Below are positions 23,888-36,799 of a stretch of 64,000 bases of DNA, piece by piece. The notes under the pieces are model-generated. The model worked only from the letters and a program-made list of their open reading frames with translations. It searched no databases and was not told the DNA's origin. This DNA is from Vitrella brassicaformis CCMP3155 (Eukaryota > Protista > Chromerida), in contig CDMY01001028.1 in the NCBI GenBank assembly GCA_001179505.1, positions 62,001 to 126,000 of the forward strand, read 5' to 3'. Within the stretch, counting starts at the first letter, position 1, and each line of letters begins with the position of its first letter. A program made the position numbers and the translations under genes.

Positions 23888-26800
23888 ATGACCTCCCTTG
23901 TTCGTGGGTGGCACGTTACCTTTGCATCGTTTGCGAACAGCGGCGATGTCACTAAAGGCCATCTCCTCGCTGTCCAGACCGGCCATTCTGTCAAGGTGGT
24001 CTTCGCCATTCGCCACGACGACGGCTATACCAGCCACATCCACGAAACATCAGGCTGCCCTGACGACCTGACGGATGTCGCCACATGGAAGTATGCGCAG
24101 ATTCATCCATCCATCCACGAATCACACGTGTTCTCCCGTTTCCATGCGTGCAGCCCTGAGGACGAGTATTTCGGTGGGTTTGAGCAGTCCGCCATCACGG
24201 GCATCGGTGATGAGCTCGATGAGGAGGACACTGCCACTCTGAAGAGGGTGGTTTACTGTCATCTCAACATGCCGCAGCCCTTTTCCCGCCCTGACACCGC
24301 TCTCAAGCAGACACAGGCTGCCACACAGACCGTCAAGGAGATGGTCAGTGGGTTGGGAGGCAAAAAGAAAACACGGAAAGGGAGGGTGTCGAGTGCAGGC
24401 CCATATGACGCCACTGTGGATGTGCTGCTGTGCGCTTCAGTTGGGTATGTGTCGGGCGCACCCACACAAGACGGCCGGTGATGCGTCTACGTTGGCCCGT
24501 GTGATTGAGAAGGCACGCCAGAATCGCCGCAAAGTCGCAGAGGAGGTCAGTCACCCCACCCCCACACCCCCACCCCCTGCCCTCTACACCATGCCGTGTG
24601 TGTGTGTGTGGATGTGTGTGTGGATGTGCTGCGGTCCGCTATGTGTCAGGACGAGGCCATGGTGGCCAATGACCGTGTGAGTGTGGAGCCGAGTGTGGTG
24701 AAGAAGAGGACCAGAAACAACCGCAAAGTCGCAGAGGAGGTCGTACACCCCACCCCCACACCCCCACCCCCTGCACCCCATCGACGTCGCCTAAGGGGGC
24801 CTTGGCCGGAGGATGTGGTCTGTGGGTGGGGGTGCCCATCAACCCACACTCGCCCCGACCAACACTCTCGGTCTCTGTTTGTGTGTGTGTATCGCAGAGT
24901 GTGAGGGTCCGTTCCAGTCGCAAACGTCGCCATTCGCAGGTTGCCGCCAAATCAGCCGCCCGGCCTCCTAAACTCAAGAAGGTGTGTGCCCCCTCCCCTC
25001 ACCATTGCTCTTCCCTCCTTCTCTGCCCCGTGACGCGCGCCTCATCCATCTCTGTTTGTTTGTGTGGCTGTGTGTTGTGTGTGTAGACTACCTCCGTCGC
25101 TGGTGTTGCTGCCGGTGTGCCGTCGGTGTCTGATGCGGCCGATGCCACACTCAAGAAGGGCCTCAACGACGACGCCTCTGGCGACACGCCCACGATGGTG
25201 ACACATGACCCCCACCTCCCCAACGCACACACACACACACACTCATTCACCTGAGACGTTGTGCTGTTTGTGTGCGTGTGTGTGTGTGTGTTGCTAGATC
25301 CCACTCGAGGACGGCACATCGGCCCCCCTGCCGTCCTGGTGGCAGGCGATGTTGGCTGGCGTGTCGATGGTTGAGGACTACGACCTCGATGAGGGTTCTC
25401 GCCCCTGGGGGTGCACCTCCATCAAAGTCCCACGCAACAAGACCCTGAGCTCCTTCAAGAAGTACCAGAAGGGCCTCGTCACCATCATCCACCGCGTTGG
25501 CTCAACAGAGACACACAAAGTTGTCTTCTGCCCAACTGACAGGTCTACACACGACGACAGCACACACACACACATCAGCGACAGAGAGGTACTGTGTGTC
25601 ACCACACAGATTCGAGCTGTTCTTCAAGCGTGTTGTGACTGGGTGTGAGTGGTTCTGCGACAACGAGGATGAGGCCGAGGCCCTCTTCAGCGAGCCGGTC
25701 GACGATCATTCACAACGCGATCTCATCAAGTGGGCCGCACGGACACCCAGGCACAACACACATCACAGTGCGTCTCGCGGTGTGGTTGCGACGTTGCGTG
25801 CAGGACTGCTGGCGGCTGCGGTGTCAACTATGACAAACACATCAACCTGCTGTACGTGTTGGGCCACATGTGCCTCAATGCTGGGATATCGGTCCCGTTC
25901 ACCCAGGCCGCGTTCGTCCGGTACGTCAAGCTGACCAACAAGGAAGACACGAGTGGGTACATCACCAGGACATATTTGTGTCTGCAGGCTGAGGAGCTAC
26001 TTCAACAAGACCCGTCGACTCGCCAACGCCGTCAACTATGAGGAGATGAACAGTCAGCAAACGCAACAGCCGGCCAATATGACGTATGTATGTGTTTTGT
26101 TTTCTCTCTCTGTGTGTGTGTGTGTGTGTGTGTGTCAGAGTTGCATGATGACGATTGGGTCGATTCATTGAGGGCCACGTCTTTGCTGGCTGCGATGGGC
26201 GACTGGGTGGAGAGGGGCAAGCCAGAGGACAACCCCGCCTTTCACATAGCGATCACCGTCAACGACCACCCCCGTATGCAGACACGTGTCGACGAGGTCC
26301 TGCAGGGCGAATACGATCTCACCATGCCCACGCTGACGGGTGAGGTGAGATGGGTCGAGAAATGAATCGAATCCTGTCCTCTTTCTGCCGTGTCAGCGAT
26401 CTATGTCAATCTCCTCTGACGAGCGGTGGGTGCGAGGGGGGACACGCAGGAACGTACGCCACGTCGCATGGATGCCCGATATGTACTTGTGAACAGTTGG
26501 GCGTCTCATCAAGGAGGGTCCGTTTGCCGGCAAGTACATCCCCAAAGAAGGAAACGTAGTCGTGTGTCTCCGTACGTCCAGCACGTGATACCTCGCACCT
26601 CACCTTGCACGCGAATCTGTGTGCCATGCCCGTGTGTGTGTTTTTGTGCTTACGGTTGTGTGTCTGTGTGTGGATGTAGCTGGTGCTGAGCTGCCGGGCA
26701 GTGTTGGACAGTGGAAGAAGATGGTGGCCAACCCCGAGTACGCCCGTCGCCTCCCCCAGACGCGGGCGAGGTGTGGCAGAAGGGGGGCCCTCTGGCGGCT

Positions 26801-27941
26801 GGTCGACGTGGATCGGATCAACTCAATCTCACCTGACCACGACGACAAAAGCCTACGCGAGGTGAACCACCGACCGGTCCCAGCCACACCACACACACAT
26901 GGCTGCATTTATGGTGTTGCCCAGGCGTTGGGAGGTCGGCCAGTCCGCGATCGTGTGACCGCCGCAACACATCCCGAGCTCGCCAGGGAGTGCAAGGACA
27001 CGGTGGGCTATACCTTCGACGAAAAAAAACAGGTGAACAGACAGACCAGTGGGCACACACAACATGAAGGGGAAACATTCCATCCTCTGTGTGTCATGCA
27101 GCGTGTGTCGTTCGCCACTGTTCGCCATCGTATCGCAACCGGCGTCCGCCTGCCCGGCATGTCCGCCAAGAACGGCATCCGGAAGGACAGTCAAGTGCAG
27201 ATATACTCGACCGTCCTTGGTAAGCCTTACTTGGCGTGTGGAGTGCCGGTGCCTCATGGTCAGCCGTTCATGTCAGAGCACGGCCCAGCGTGTCTCGACG
27301 TCATGAAGGCCCGGGTGGCCGAGTTGGTCCAGTTGCGTTTCATCCACCCCCTGGCAAGCAAGACAAGAGGCCACAGACAAAGCAAAACCAACAGTCAGTG
27401 TGGGTGTGTTGCTCAGGTGGAGACCAAGGGCGAGGCGCAGGAACTGGCGAGGATCGACGCGGCTGAGCGGGCCGGCGGGGTGATGTATCATGGTGTATCG
27501 CCCAGCCTCGGTCGCACCGAGGGCAACGTGCAGTTCAACCTCACCAAACTCGCCCGTGCGATGGAAGTTTCGGTATGCGGCGGCAAAAGAGACACACAGA
27601 GCCGAGACACGCCAGTGGTCGGCACTGTGATATTTGTTACGGGAGGGTGTTTGTGTGGGATGGGTGACCGCCCTCCTCGACATCAACGTTCACCGTCGCG
27701 ACAGGTTTGGCCATCTCAGGGCTGCGAAGAGGATCGCCAACTACACCACCAGGACATACGCAGAGAAGCAGGCAGAGGTGAGGGCCATCCTCCGCCAGTT
27801 GAAGAATCACCAGCCGGGTACGCGCACATGCAGAGAAACACAACACATGCACCCGTGCATGTCCGTCGCTGTCCCTGCCGCACGACAGATCTGCTCATCC
27901 CGGCCACGTCGGCAGCCACGGAAGAGAAGGGAGGCCTGTGA
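23888..27941 (+). CDS. Large multi-exon hypothetical protein (possibly two genes)
   Basis: A chain of high-GC3 exons separated by (GT)n introns with GT-AG ends, e.g. PEDEYFGGFEQSAITGIG..., RFELFFKRVVTGCEWFCDNEDEAEALF..., ELHDDDWVDSLRATSLLAAMGDW... and VETKGEAQELARIDAAERAGG.... No family was recognised, and the exon phases around 26340-26690 could not be resolved. Confidence 0.6.
24528..24774 (+). repeat. Duplicated 53-bp exon-end and intron-start unit (24528-24580 and 24722-24774)
   Basis: Both copies read cgcaaagtcgcagaggaggtc-nnn-caccccacccccacacccccaccccctgc and differ only in the 3-nt spacer (agt versus gta). Confidence 0.95.
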
Positions 27942-28372
27942 TACACGCGGCTGTCAGTTTGTGTAAAGACTCGAAGTGCACCATGTGTATGATCGCACGT
28001 ACACTCAGTCATGTGCATTGATCGCATGAATGTATCGATGAATCCACACACCCAGTCACAGAGTCGTTCCATGCACGTCAAGGTGGGAAGGAGAGGTTAT
28101 TCGCGTACAGGCATACCTCCAGGCCGTCGGGGACCTCAGCGTCAGGGAATGGGGTACAGCAGGATGCGATGGGGATGAGGGTCAAGAGGATAAGCCAAGG
28201 ACCCATCAACAGCGCAAGTTAAAAAAAGTTGACCGAGTTTTCCGTACAGTGTAAGTTACTCCATTTACCGGGGCCGTTATTTCGTTGCAGCGGATCCCCC
28301 ATGCTGGTGACGTCACGGAGCCATGCGGAGAAAGGTCTTCCCATATTGTCCGGCTGATGAAGATCCTCTATA

Positions 28373-31300
28373 CTAATGCATGTGTGGGCCAATTTGGTGT
28401 GGGCGTGGCGTGATGAAGGTATCCTTCACAAACAGATGGATGGGATGGATCGCATACACTACAGTGACAGAAAAGACACGTATGCACCAACGTCCAGTCC
28501 ATCCCTCCCTCCCTCTTTGTGAGCCGATTAGGAGGGTGTCGAAAAGGGAGGGTGGGGCATATCTGACCGCATGCGCACACACACCCAGAGATACAGACAG
28601 ACACGTCACATGCGCTCATATATACGCTTCCCCTTTGGCTGGCTGACCGACCCGCAATGATGAATGTTTGGTTGTCGCCGCAGAATATTCTGCGTGCCTT
28701 GGCGATGTTCTCCAGCTGATCAACAACTATCGGCACGTCCACACACCCGATCTGATGCACACAGGCACACACACACACACACACGCACACAAACATAGGT
28801 AAATGGACAGACACCTGTGGATGTGCGTGTCTCCGTCCGTCACCTTGTTGCCAAAGCCGTCGGTCTGCATGGCCGCCAAATCTCTGAATCGACACACCCA
28901 CACACACGCACACATCCAGCTGACATTCACTCTTGATGTAATTCTCGCTGCCCTGCTCACTGACCCGAGCATGGCCCCACACGCGTCTCCCCTGCCCCAG
29001 GAGAAGACCTCCCCGCCCTGCGTCACCGTGGCCGTGTGAGTCCCACCGCACTGGATCTGCACCACTTGCTGCAGCCAACTCACACGGAGACACACACGTC
29101 GATATGCGAGTTTATCTATCTGTCTGTTTTGTTGGCTGTCAGACCTGTTCGTGCAGGTTGGAGACGTAGCAGGGTGAGTGGCAGAAGGAGTTTTTCTCCC
29201 CCGTGAATGCGTTCTCGTGCGTCCTCATGCTGCGGTCCCTCTCGACCTCGGACAGTGCCAGCTGCCCCTGGGTGCCCATACCCCACGCATACACACCGCC
29301 GAAGGGCTGCACCTCCATCGACGCTATCGGCTCGCACCCACGACCTGACACTGCCTTCAGCTCTTGACCAGCCTGACGACAAAGAGGGACGGAGGGAGGG
29401 AGCCATGGCTCCATGTGTGTGGTGTAGTCTGGTGTAGGTGTTTGTATGTCAGTCATTTGCTGACTGACCTCGTATGTGATCTGCAGTGTGGGAACGCGAG
29501 ACAGCAGGGACTCGTCGAAACCGTTGGCCGGCGGGTCCTGCAGAGCCACGTCAGGCCGCCACGACTGATGCGCAACGATGACGCCCTAACCATACACCCC
29601 GACATGCAGCACACAGGTGGTATCCATAAGCGTGTCTCGTCATGCCTGCTTGTCTCTTATTGTGACCTTAGGTTCAGTCTTGAGCACTTTCTGCAGTCGT
29701 TCGAAGAAGGTGTCGACCTTGACGGACACCAGCAGCCCGTCGGTGCCGCTGTCGACATAGGGCGGCGCCCACCGGTTGGCGCCCGTGATGGTGTTGTGGT
29801 AGTATACGCGGCCTGTGAACTCTTCACGAGACTCCACCCAGTCCTACGCACACACACATGCACTGGATGGATGGATGGCAGCCAGGGTGGCGAGAGGACC
29901 TTTGCCTCTTCTGGGACGCCTCCAGGACTCTGTTTGGCCTTGTCGGCTGTGAGTTTGAGCAGGTGGTCCTTAAGGAACGAGCCGTGCTCGTGAGACATCG
30001 TGGCCACGGGCAGGCTGCATCATGGCCAATCGTGCATTCAATGCTCGCCGCGTGTGTCGTCTCTCAGTGTGTGGGCGAGTACCGACTTTGCCAGATCGGC
30101 GTGTTTGTCTTCAGGCGGTGTGATGGTGAAGGGCTCCATCTTCTCGGGACACACAAATAGACAGGCCATCGCACCGGCAGCAGCAACCTCTACGGCCCTA
30201 CACAGACAGACAGACAGACACTCAATCGAAGGTGGGTGTGCCTTTGCTTTGTTTGTTGGTTGCTTGCCTCGTTGACAATGCCTCGCTGAGTTTGTCTGCG
30301 TCTCGTTCAGTGCCGGTTGTGTGTTGCATCTCGAATATGCAGATGCGGCCGCTGCAGTCTTCCTTCTCCCACTTGCCTTTGTCGTCGGCGATCGGCATCA
30401 TCAACTTGCCGCCCAACTGACACACACACACATGGCCGGCCGCACTCGTGTGAGGCATTTTCTCTCCCTCCCTGCCGCCTGTTGACCCCAGTTTTCGGCG
30501 GTATCTCGGCTGTGTTATCAGCCATGGTGAGCTTGACGTCATAGTCGCTCGTCGTCAGCTTCAGCCACTGACCTGCACTCCTTCGGCTCACTCATATCTG
30601 TGTGCAATAGGGATGTTACCTTCCCAGAGTGAGCGGTCGACCAACAGAACCGACTCCTTGATAGCCGAGGCGGGATACAACTGCATAAAGGCAAATATGA
30701 TCCATGCTTTTTCTGTCTGTCTCTCGCTCTCTGTCTCCCTCTTCGCTCACCTCGTTATTGATGAATTGGTCGTCGGTGGTGTCTTTGAGCGGCAGGTCAA
30801 CCACCAGCAGCGGGGCGGACAGAAACGCATTCAGCTGGAGCATACACACATACGCACATACACACGTACACACCTGGATGCCATACTACCTCCAGCCGCC
30901 GTGTGCGAGGTGTACCTCGATGTTGGTGTTGGGTGGTGTGAGTGGCTGCTGCTTCTCAAGCCACACATCCAGCGGCCCCACAGGCAGGCCCAGGATAGAG
31001 AAGGCCGACAACCCACTCTCACCTGCCGCACCTGCATACAAGGATGCACATCCGCCCATCCCTCCAATGGCGCTATAAGGGCCCAATGGCGCTATAAGGG
31101 CCCAATGGCGCTATAAGAGCATTCGCATGCGGACCAGTGATTGTGATTCTGAATATGGATGCGACGCATGCCGAGTGCATGAAGCCCGCCGACACCTGCA
31201 CGCACTTGTGGGCCTTGAGAACCGACACACACCGAGGCTCGAAGCACGTGCGCGAGTCGCCGTGGCCCTAAACCATGCACGCACAACACAACACAGACAC

Positions 31301-33518
31301 ATCGATTCGTGAAGTCACATGTGATGTGTATGGCATGGCGGATGTGATGTGTGTGCTCACCAGTCTGCCCCACTGGCCAGACCCCCACGCCCACACGGAG
31401 CCGTGTGAGTCGAGAGCCAACGTGTGGGCACCACCACCAGACACGTCAACAAACTACGCACACACACACACACACGCTCTCTGTCTTGCAGATGTCTGTC
31501 TCCTTTCCCCTCATTCATTCATTTGTGTGACATAGCTACCTACCTCTACGTCCTTGACTTCAGGCCCCCTGATAGTTGTGAATCGGTCCAGCACCATAGA
31601 GGCCGTCCTGGCGGTGTGTGGCTCGAGGTGCATCATCCTGTACCCCTTGTACATCTGCCCGTGGCCGCACTGACCCTCCGTCGCGTCACCGGCTGTCACC
31701 AGCCGGCCCTCCTCGCTCAACGCACACGTCGAGAACGAGTTGCACACCACACGCCGGACCTTCACCTGGGATGACCATAAGGACGACACTACTGCGGGGG
31801 TCGCCACATAAGAATATAGACCTGCACAGAGAGAGATGGCAGAGTGTTTTCCCGCAGGTGCTTGTTGTGTTGTGTGTGCGTACCGCCTGTGGTGGGGTCG
31901 AAGGCCCATTTGCGCGGGTCTGATGGGTATCTGCCTTTGTCGTCGGCGAGGCCCAGCTGGCCCATGTCTGCGGCCCCCCAAGTGAACAGCTGGCCCTTCT
32001 CCGACACACACGCGCTATGACGCACCCTGATGAATGAATGGATGATACAGAGAGCCGTCACCAGAGCACTGTGGTTAGCGCGGTAGGTGTCTTGTCTCTG
32101 CTGACCCGACTGCAATGTCTGCAAGCCTGACGTGCTGGAGTGCCTCCACCAACACGGGCTGCGGCCTGTCGTCCAAATCACCGGTGCCTGTGGGGATGAT
32201 GAATCCAACACACACGACATGAATGAATGAACGGTGCGGTGGCCTCATTCAACCCAGCCCACAAAGTGGAGACTTACCGAGTATGCCGGCGAATCCCCTG
32301 CCGCAGCTGAAGAGCCGCCCCTGGTCGGTGAGGAACAAACTGTGGGACTGATTTGTCGCAACCTGAACCCAAAGCGCACAGCACACAGACAGACAGACAG
32401 ACACACCTGCATACACACCCGCGAGCCAAGGCAATGCATAGAGACCACCTTTGCGACGGTATATCCCTCCAGCCCCAGCAGCGGTGTGGGTCTATGCTGT
32501 GTGTGTGGCTCGAGGTGCAGCCCCAGCTGCAGCCGCTCGTTGCGGCCGAACACCCAGGTGGCCCGACGCAGACGAGTGAGACACGACACGAAGTGCAGAG
32601 ACGCGTGGGTCTCCGTTAACCATACAAGGAAATCAGACTAACAGAAACAATCACATGGATGTGAGTGAGTTCATGAGTGGAGAAGTGCCTCGACCGACCA
32701 GCGTGAGTGCCCCGGGTATGTCAGCGAAGAAATCGCCGGCAAGTGTCTCCAACTGCAGCACCGGGGGGGAGGGGGGCAGACCCTGGACCATCCTATGCAG
32801 GCCGGTCGTCGTCGCCTTCAAGAAGATGATGAACTCATCCTGCCGCAAAACATCGAAAGACAGACAGACAGACAGACAGAGAGAGAGAGAGAGGCATAAG
32901 CACACCCCCAGCCGCCCTGGCTCACCTTTCTGATACAGTTGGTGTCATCAAGATCGAAGAGGTGGAACAGCCGACGAATCTTAGCAAAAACAGGCACTTT
33001 GCGGCTCACACACGTCACAGCTGCACACAGAAGTCACGGCCATCGACGCACCACAACATGCCCATCAACGATGATATTCATCATCCATCTGTCCACCCAC
33101 CGGCGACGAATTCGAGCCCGTCGACCATTTTCGAGGCCCTGTCTTTGGAGAACTCTTCGAACCAAGTGCCGATGCTCTCCAAGTGGGCCTCGGGCAAATG
33201 CAGTATCTTGGTGAACTTGGACCTGCACACACGCAAACCATCACATGCATCATCCACTGTCGGTTGAGAGTGTGTGCACATGATGCGTGTGTGTGTGTAC
33301 TTGTCGAGTGCGAAGTTGAGGGCCACGTCTTTGAGCCGCTTGGCGACCTTCTCCAGCTCATCCTCAGTGTCTGCATCAACAACACACGCAGCCCCTCATG
33401 TGTATGAGCCCTCCGGCTGTCAGCCCTCCCAGGACTCACACAGTTGTGCGAGCACTGCAAACTCGGCCTTGATGCGTGTCTTGTGGATCCAAGACGGATC
33501 AGACTGCGCCTGACCCAT
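28373..33518 (-). CDS. N-myristoylated EF-hand / RCC1-repeat / PA-like / WW-domain protein, multi-exon
   Basis: The start MGQAQS fits the G2/S6 myristoylation consensus. It has an EF-hand-like LFHLFDLDDTNCIRKDEF; RCC1 repeats (QVATNQSHSLFLTDQGRLFSCG, HSACVSEKGQLFTWGAADMGQLG, QIQCGGTHTATVTQGGEVFSWGRG); a PA-like EDCSGRICIFE...RAVEVAAAGAMACLFV; and a WW domain W(V)ESREEFTGRVYYHNTITGANRWAPP. The last exons are uncertain. Confidence 0.8.
31064..31120 (+). repeat. Three-copy 19-bp tandem repeat in an intron of the RCC1 gene
   Basis: Two copies of ccaatggcgctataagggc plus one of ccaatggcgctataagagc. Confidence 0.95.
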
Positions 33519-33619
33519 TGTTCGAGGGAGGGGAGGGAAGGGCGGGGAGACCGGGCTTAGGGACAGGTGGTCCGTCAAACCCATAAGCGACCGACCGACC
33601 GGCCTACACGCTTCAGCCG

Positions 33620-36600
33620 ATGGCGTCGAGGCTGCTGAATGCACTGGTCTTGCTGCTGCCTCCTCTCGTCTGCCGCGCCTTCACTTTCAGCCCCCGTCAT
33701 CACTCATGGACGCTCCTCGCCAGGCAGCAGGAGAGGAAGCGACCTGTGCCTGCGTGGAGGAGATCGGGCGGCCATGGTGGTGGTGGTGTGCGTATGTCGA
33801 CAGCTGTAGCCACGCCTTCAGTCTTGGAGGACAAGACTTTGAGGGAACTCGATGACAGGGTCAGTCACTCACCGACAGACAGAGAGGAAGAGATCTGGCT
33901 GAGGGATGGACAGCAGTACAGTACCAAGCTTGGTATTCTTCTTCTGTTGCCGTGTGCGTGCAGCTTGCGTCCTCCAGTGGAGGGCAGGGCATGTCCACTT
34001 CGGAGCTCGCCGTCATGAACCAGGTGACACCTGGTTCACACACACAAACCACAGGCACACACATACAAGCGCTTTAATTGATGTGTCTATCTGTCTGTCT
34101 GTGTTGTTATCTCCATGTGTGCAGGTGAGGCGGTCGCTGCTGGACGTGCTGTTGTCCAAGGACGACCCCGCCCTCAGGGGGATCGAAGAGGCCTCGTCAG
34201 AGGAGGGCCTCCCCCTCACCTACGACGTGGACATTATCAATAGCTACTGGGACAGGCGGCCCTCAAAGGTCAGGACGAGGCTGCTGGAGGTCCTCAACGA
34301 GAGCCTCCCCTTCCTCACTGCACTCTTCCTCGACTGGTGAGTGAGTGGCTCAACAGAACAGAACAAACGTCACACACGTACACGATGGGCGAGAATGAGT
34401 GTGCTGGTGCCTGCAGGAGGACAGGCAAGATCTTCCTGCCTGAGGTGCAGGCAGCGAGGGCGAAGGAGTTCAGGGAGCTGCTGGTAAGGATGGAGGGCGG
34501 AACCTGGCTCTCATGAATCATTTGATCGACATTTACCGCGTGTGTCTTGTGCCTTGGCTTAACGCTGCAGACCCGGCTTGGCCCGACCTTCGTCAAGTTC
34601 GGCCAGGCACTTTCGATCCGCCCCGATGTCGTTAACCAGGTCATCATGGACCAGCTCCAGCTGCTGTGCGACGCCGTCCCCCCATTCCCAACCGCTGTGG
34701 CGCTAGATACCATCCAAGAAGAGCTGGGGCAGCCCGCCAGCAGGATCTTCGAGGGCCTGACGCTGCAGAGCGAGACGGTGGCTGCGGCATCTCTCGGGCA
34801 GGTGTACAAGTGCCGGCTGAGGTCGAGCAAGCAGGATGTGGCTGTCAAGGTGCAGCGTCCAGACATGCTGCGGACCATCTCTCTGGACCTCTACGTGCTG
34901 CGCAAATTCGCGTACATTGCGCAGGACTTCCAGGAGAAGTTCACGGCCCAGCGGACCGACTACGCGGCGCTATTGAATGCCTGGGCGGGTGGCACCTACA
35001 AAGAGCTGGACTACAACAACGAGGCCATGAACCAGAGGACCATCCGTGGGCTGCTGGCCAACGTGACCGATGTGGTGGTGCCAGAGGTGTATGACAAGTA
35101 CACGAGCCGGAAGGTGCTGACCACCGAATGGATCGTTGGCGAGAAGCTGGAGACGTCTGACGCTGAGACGGTGAAGAGCTTGACCAAGATGGGGCTGGAG
35201 GCCTACTTGGTGATGCTTCTCGAGCACGGCAAGATGCACGCTGACCCACACCCAGGTTGGGGAATGCACTCATTGACAGACACGCACACTGTGTATCCAA
35301 TGGATGAATGAATGAGTGCCGTCTGTCGGTCTCTCTGCCGCTCTCGTGTCACACAGGCAACCTGATGAAGACGCCTGACGGGAGGCTGGCGATTTTGGAT
35401 TTTGGGCTGGTCGCGGAGATTGACCGCCGGGAGCGAGACCTGCTAGTGGCGACACTCATCCACCTTGCTAACAAGTAGTTGAGGCAGCACAGCACATCCG
35501 TAGGTGTCGATCGGCTGTGTAGTGGTGGATGTTTTCGTGCGTTCGCTTAGGAATTACCCTGCTGTAGTGGAGGACAGCGTGCAGCTGGATTTCCTGCCGC
35601 AGGACGTCGACCGGTCATTCATCGTCCCAATCACAGCCAGGATACTCAACGAGGCACTGCAGGTGGGCGGGGAGATGCGCATGATCACTGACTGACAGAG
35701 AGACACCACCACACGCATTATAGCCAATGCACGTGTGTGCACATGTGGCAGGGTGGCGGCGCCAAGAAGGTGAATTTCCAATCTTTGGCGCGCGACTTGG
35801 CTGGCGTCAGCTTCCAAATCCCTGTGAGGATACCACCCTACTTCGCGTGAGTGACACCAAAAAACAGACACACCCCTCACCCCTCTGAGACCCCCAGGCA
35901 CCTCATCCCTTTCTTGCCTGTCTGTATGTCAGTCTGATCATCCGAGCACTGGGCGTGTTGGAGGGTCTGGCACTGGCTGGCGACCCCGACTTCCAGCTTG
36001 TTGCCGAGAGCTATCCCTGGGTGTCCCGCCGGGTCCTGACGGCTGGTGACGACTCGCCCATCCTCAAAGACGCCCTATCAGAGATCCTCTACAAGGATGG
36101 CGAGTTCTCTGCACGACGGTTCAACAGCCTCATGAACAGTGCGCAGGGCTACGTGGCGCACCACACGGACGCCTTCGTGGACTTCGACGCCATTCCCGAA
36201 GAGCAGGCCCCGGTGGATGGCGCACTGACGTTCTTTTTCGGCCCTCAGGGGGAGGGGCTGAGGCGGCTGATGAAGGATGAGATTGCCAAGATCGCTGACC
36301 TCTCCGGAAACCTGGTCAGCCCGCCCACACGCCCACATAGTGATTCCATCCATCCATTCTCTCTCTCTGAGTGCGTGTGCAGGTAGCCGGGCGTGCAGCC
36401 CAGGCGGTTTTGTCGCAGGTGGACCTGCTCCCGCCATTCCTGCGGCCCCCCCGGCTATTCCGCGCCCCCCTCGAGAGCTTGGCATACGTGTCGCAGCTGG
36501 ATGAAGGCGAGCAGGACTACATCAACAGCATACTCGCCGTCGCATCGCTCGCCGCCAACCCTGGTGCAGCTGCTGGAGCGGCGTCAGCAGACACCAGTGG

Positions 36601-36799
36601 CATCGCAGAGGGATCGTTGTCTCCTTCTCTACTCGGGCTGGGTGGTGGTGTGAGCCCTGACGAGTTGAGGCGGCTGGGCCCCTCGGCGCTGCCCCTGCTG
36701 GCCAAGCCGGAAGTGCGGGATTTTGCTGTGAGTGTGGCTGATGCGGTCGCGCGGCGGATGGCGTCGAGAGTGCTGAGGAGAGTGGCACAGGCCATATGA
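33620..36799 (+). CDS. ABC1K: Plastid-targeted ABC1/UbiB atypical protein kinase
   Basis: Motifs LGPTFVKFGQALSIRPD, AAASLGQVYK, VAVKVQRP, ELDYNNEA, VLTTEWIVG, HADPHPG|N (intron-split) and ILDFGL. The leader MASRLLNALVLLLPPLVCRA-FTF is a signal peptide followed by Phe at +1, typical of complex-plastid targeting. Confidence 0.9.

Noticed and set aside
27130-27700. AP2-like DNA-binding domain in the 23888 gene (LPGMS..., YHGVS...GWVTAL)
   Set aside because: The resemblance is only a few residues and the spacing to the conserved W and F positions does not fit, so it cannot be supported without an HMM search.
26619-27941. 440-aa ORF taken as a single intronless CDS
   Set aside because: It reads through several obvious introns with (CA)n or (GT)n content and GT-AG ends, and part of the true coding sequence is in another frame.
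28090-28365. Possible Pol III ncRNA or snoRNA (microsatellite-free stretch, T7 run on the minus strand, ctgatga box-C-like motif)
   Set aside because: I found no recognisable tRNA, U6, SRP or RNase P/MRP core and no paired C/D boxes. It is more likely the convergent 3' UTR region of the two flanking genes. An Infernal/Rfam scan would settle it.
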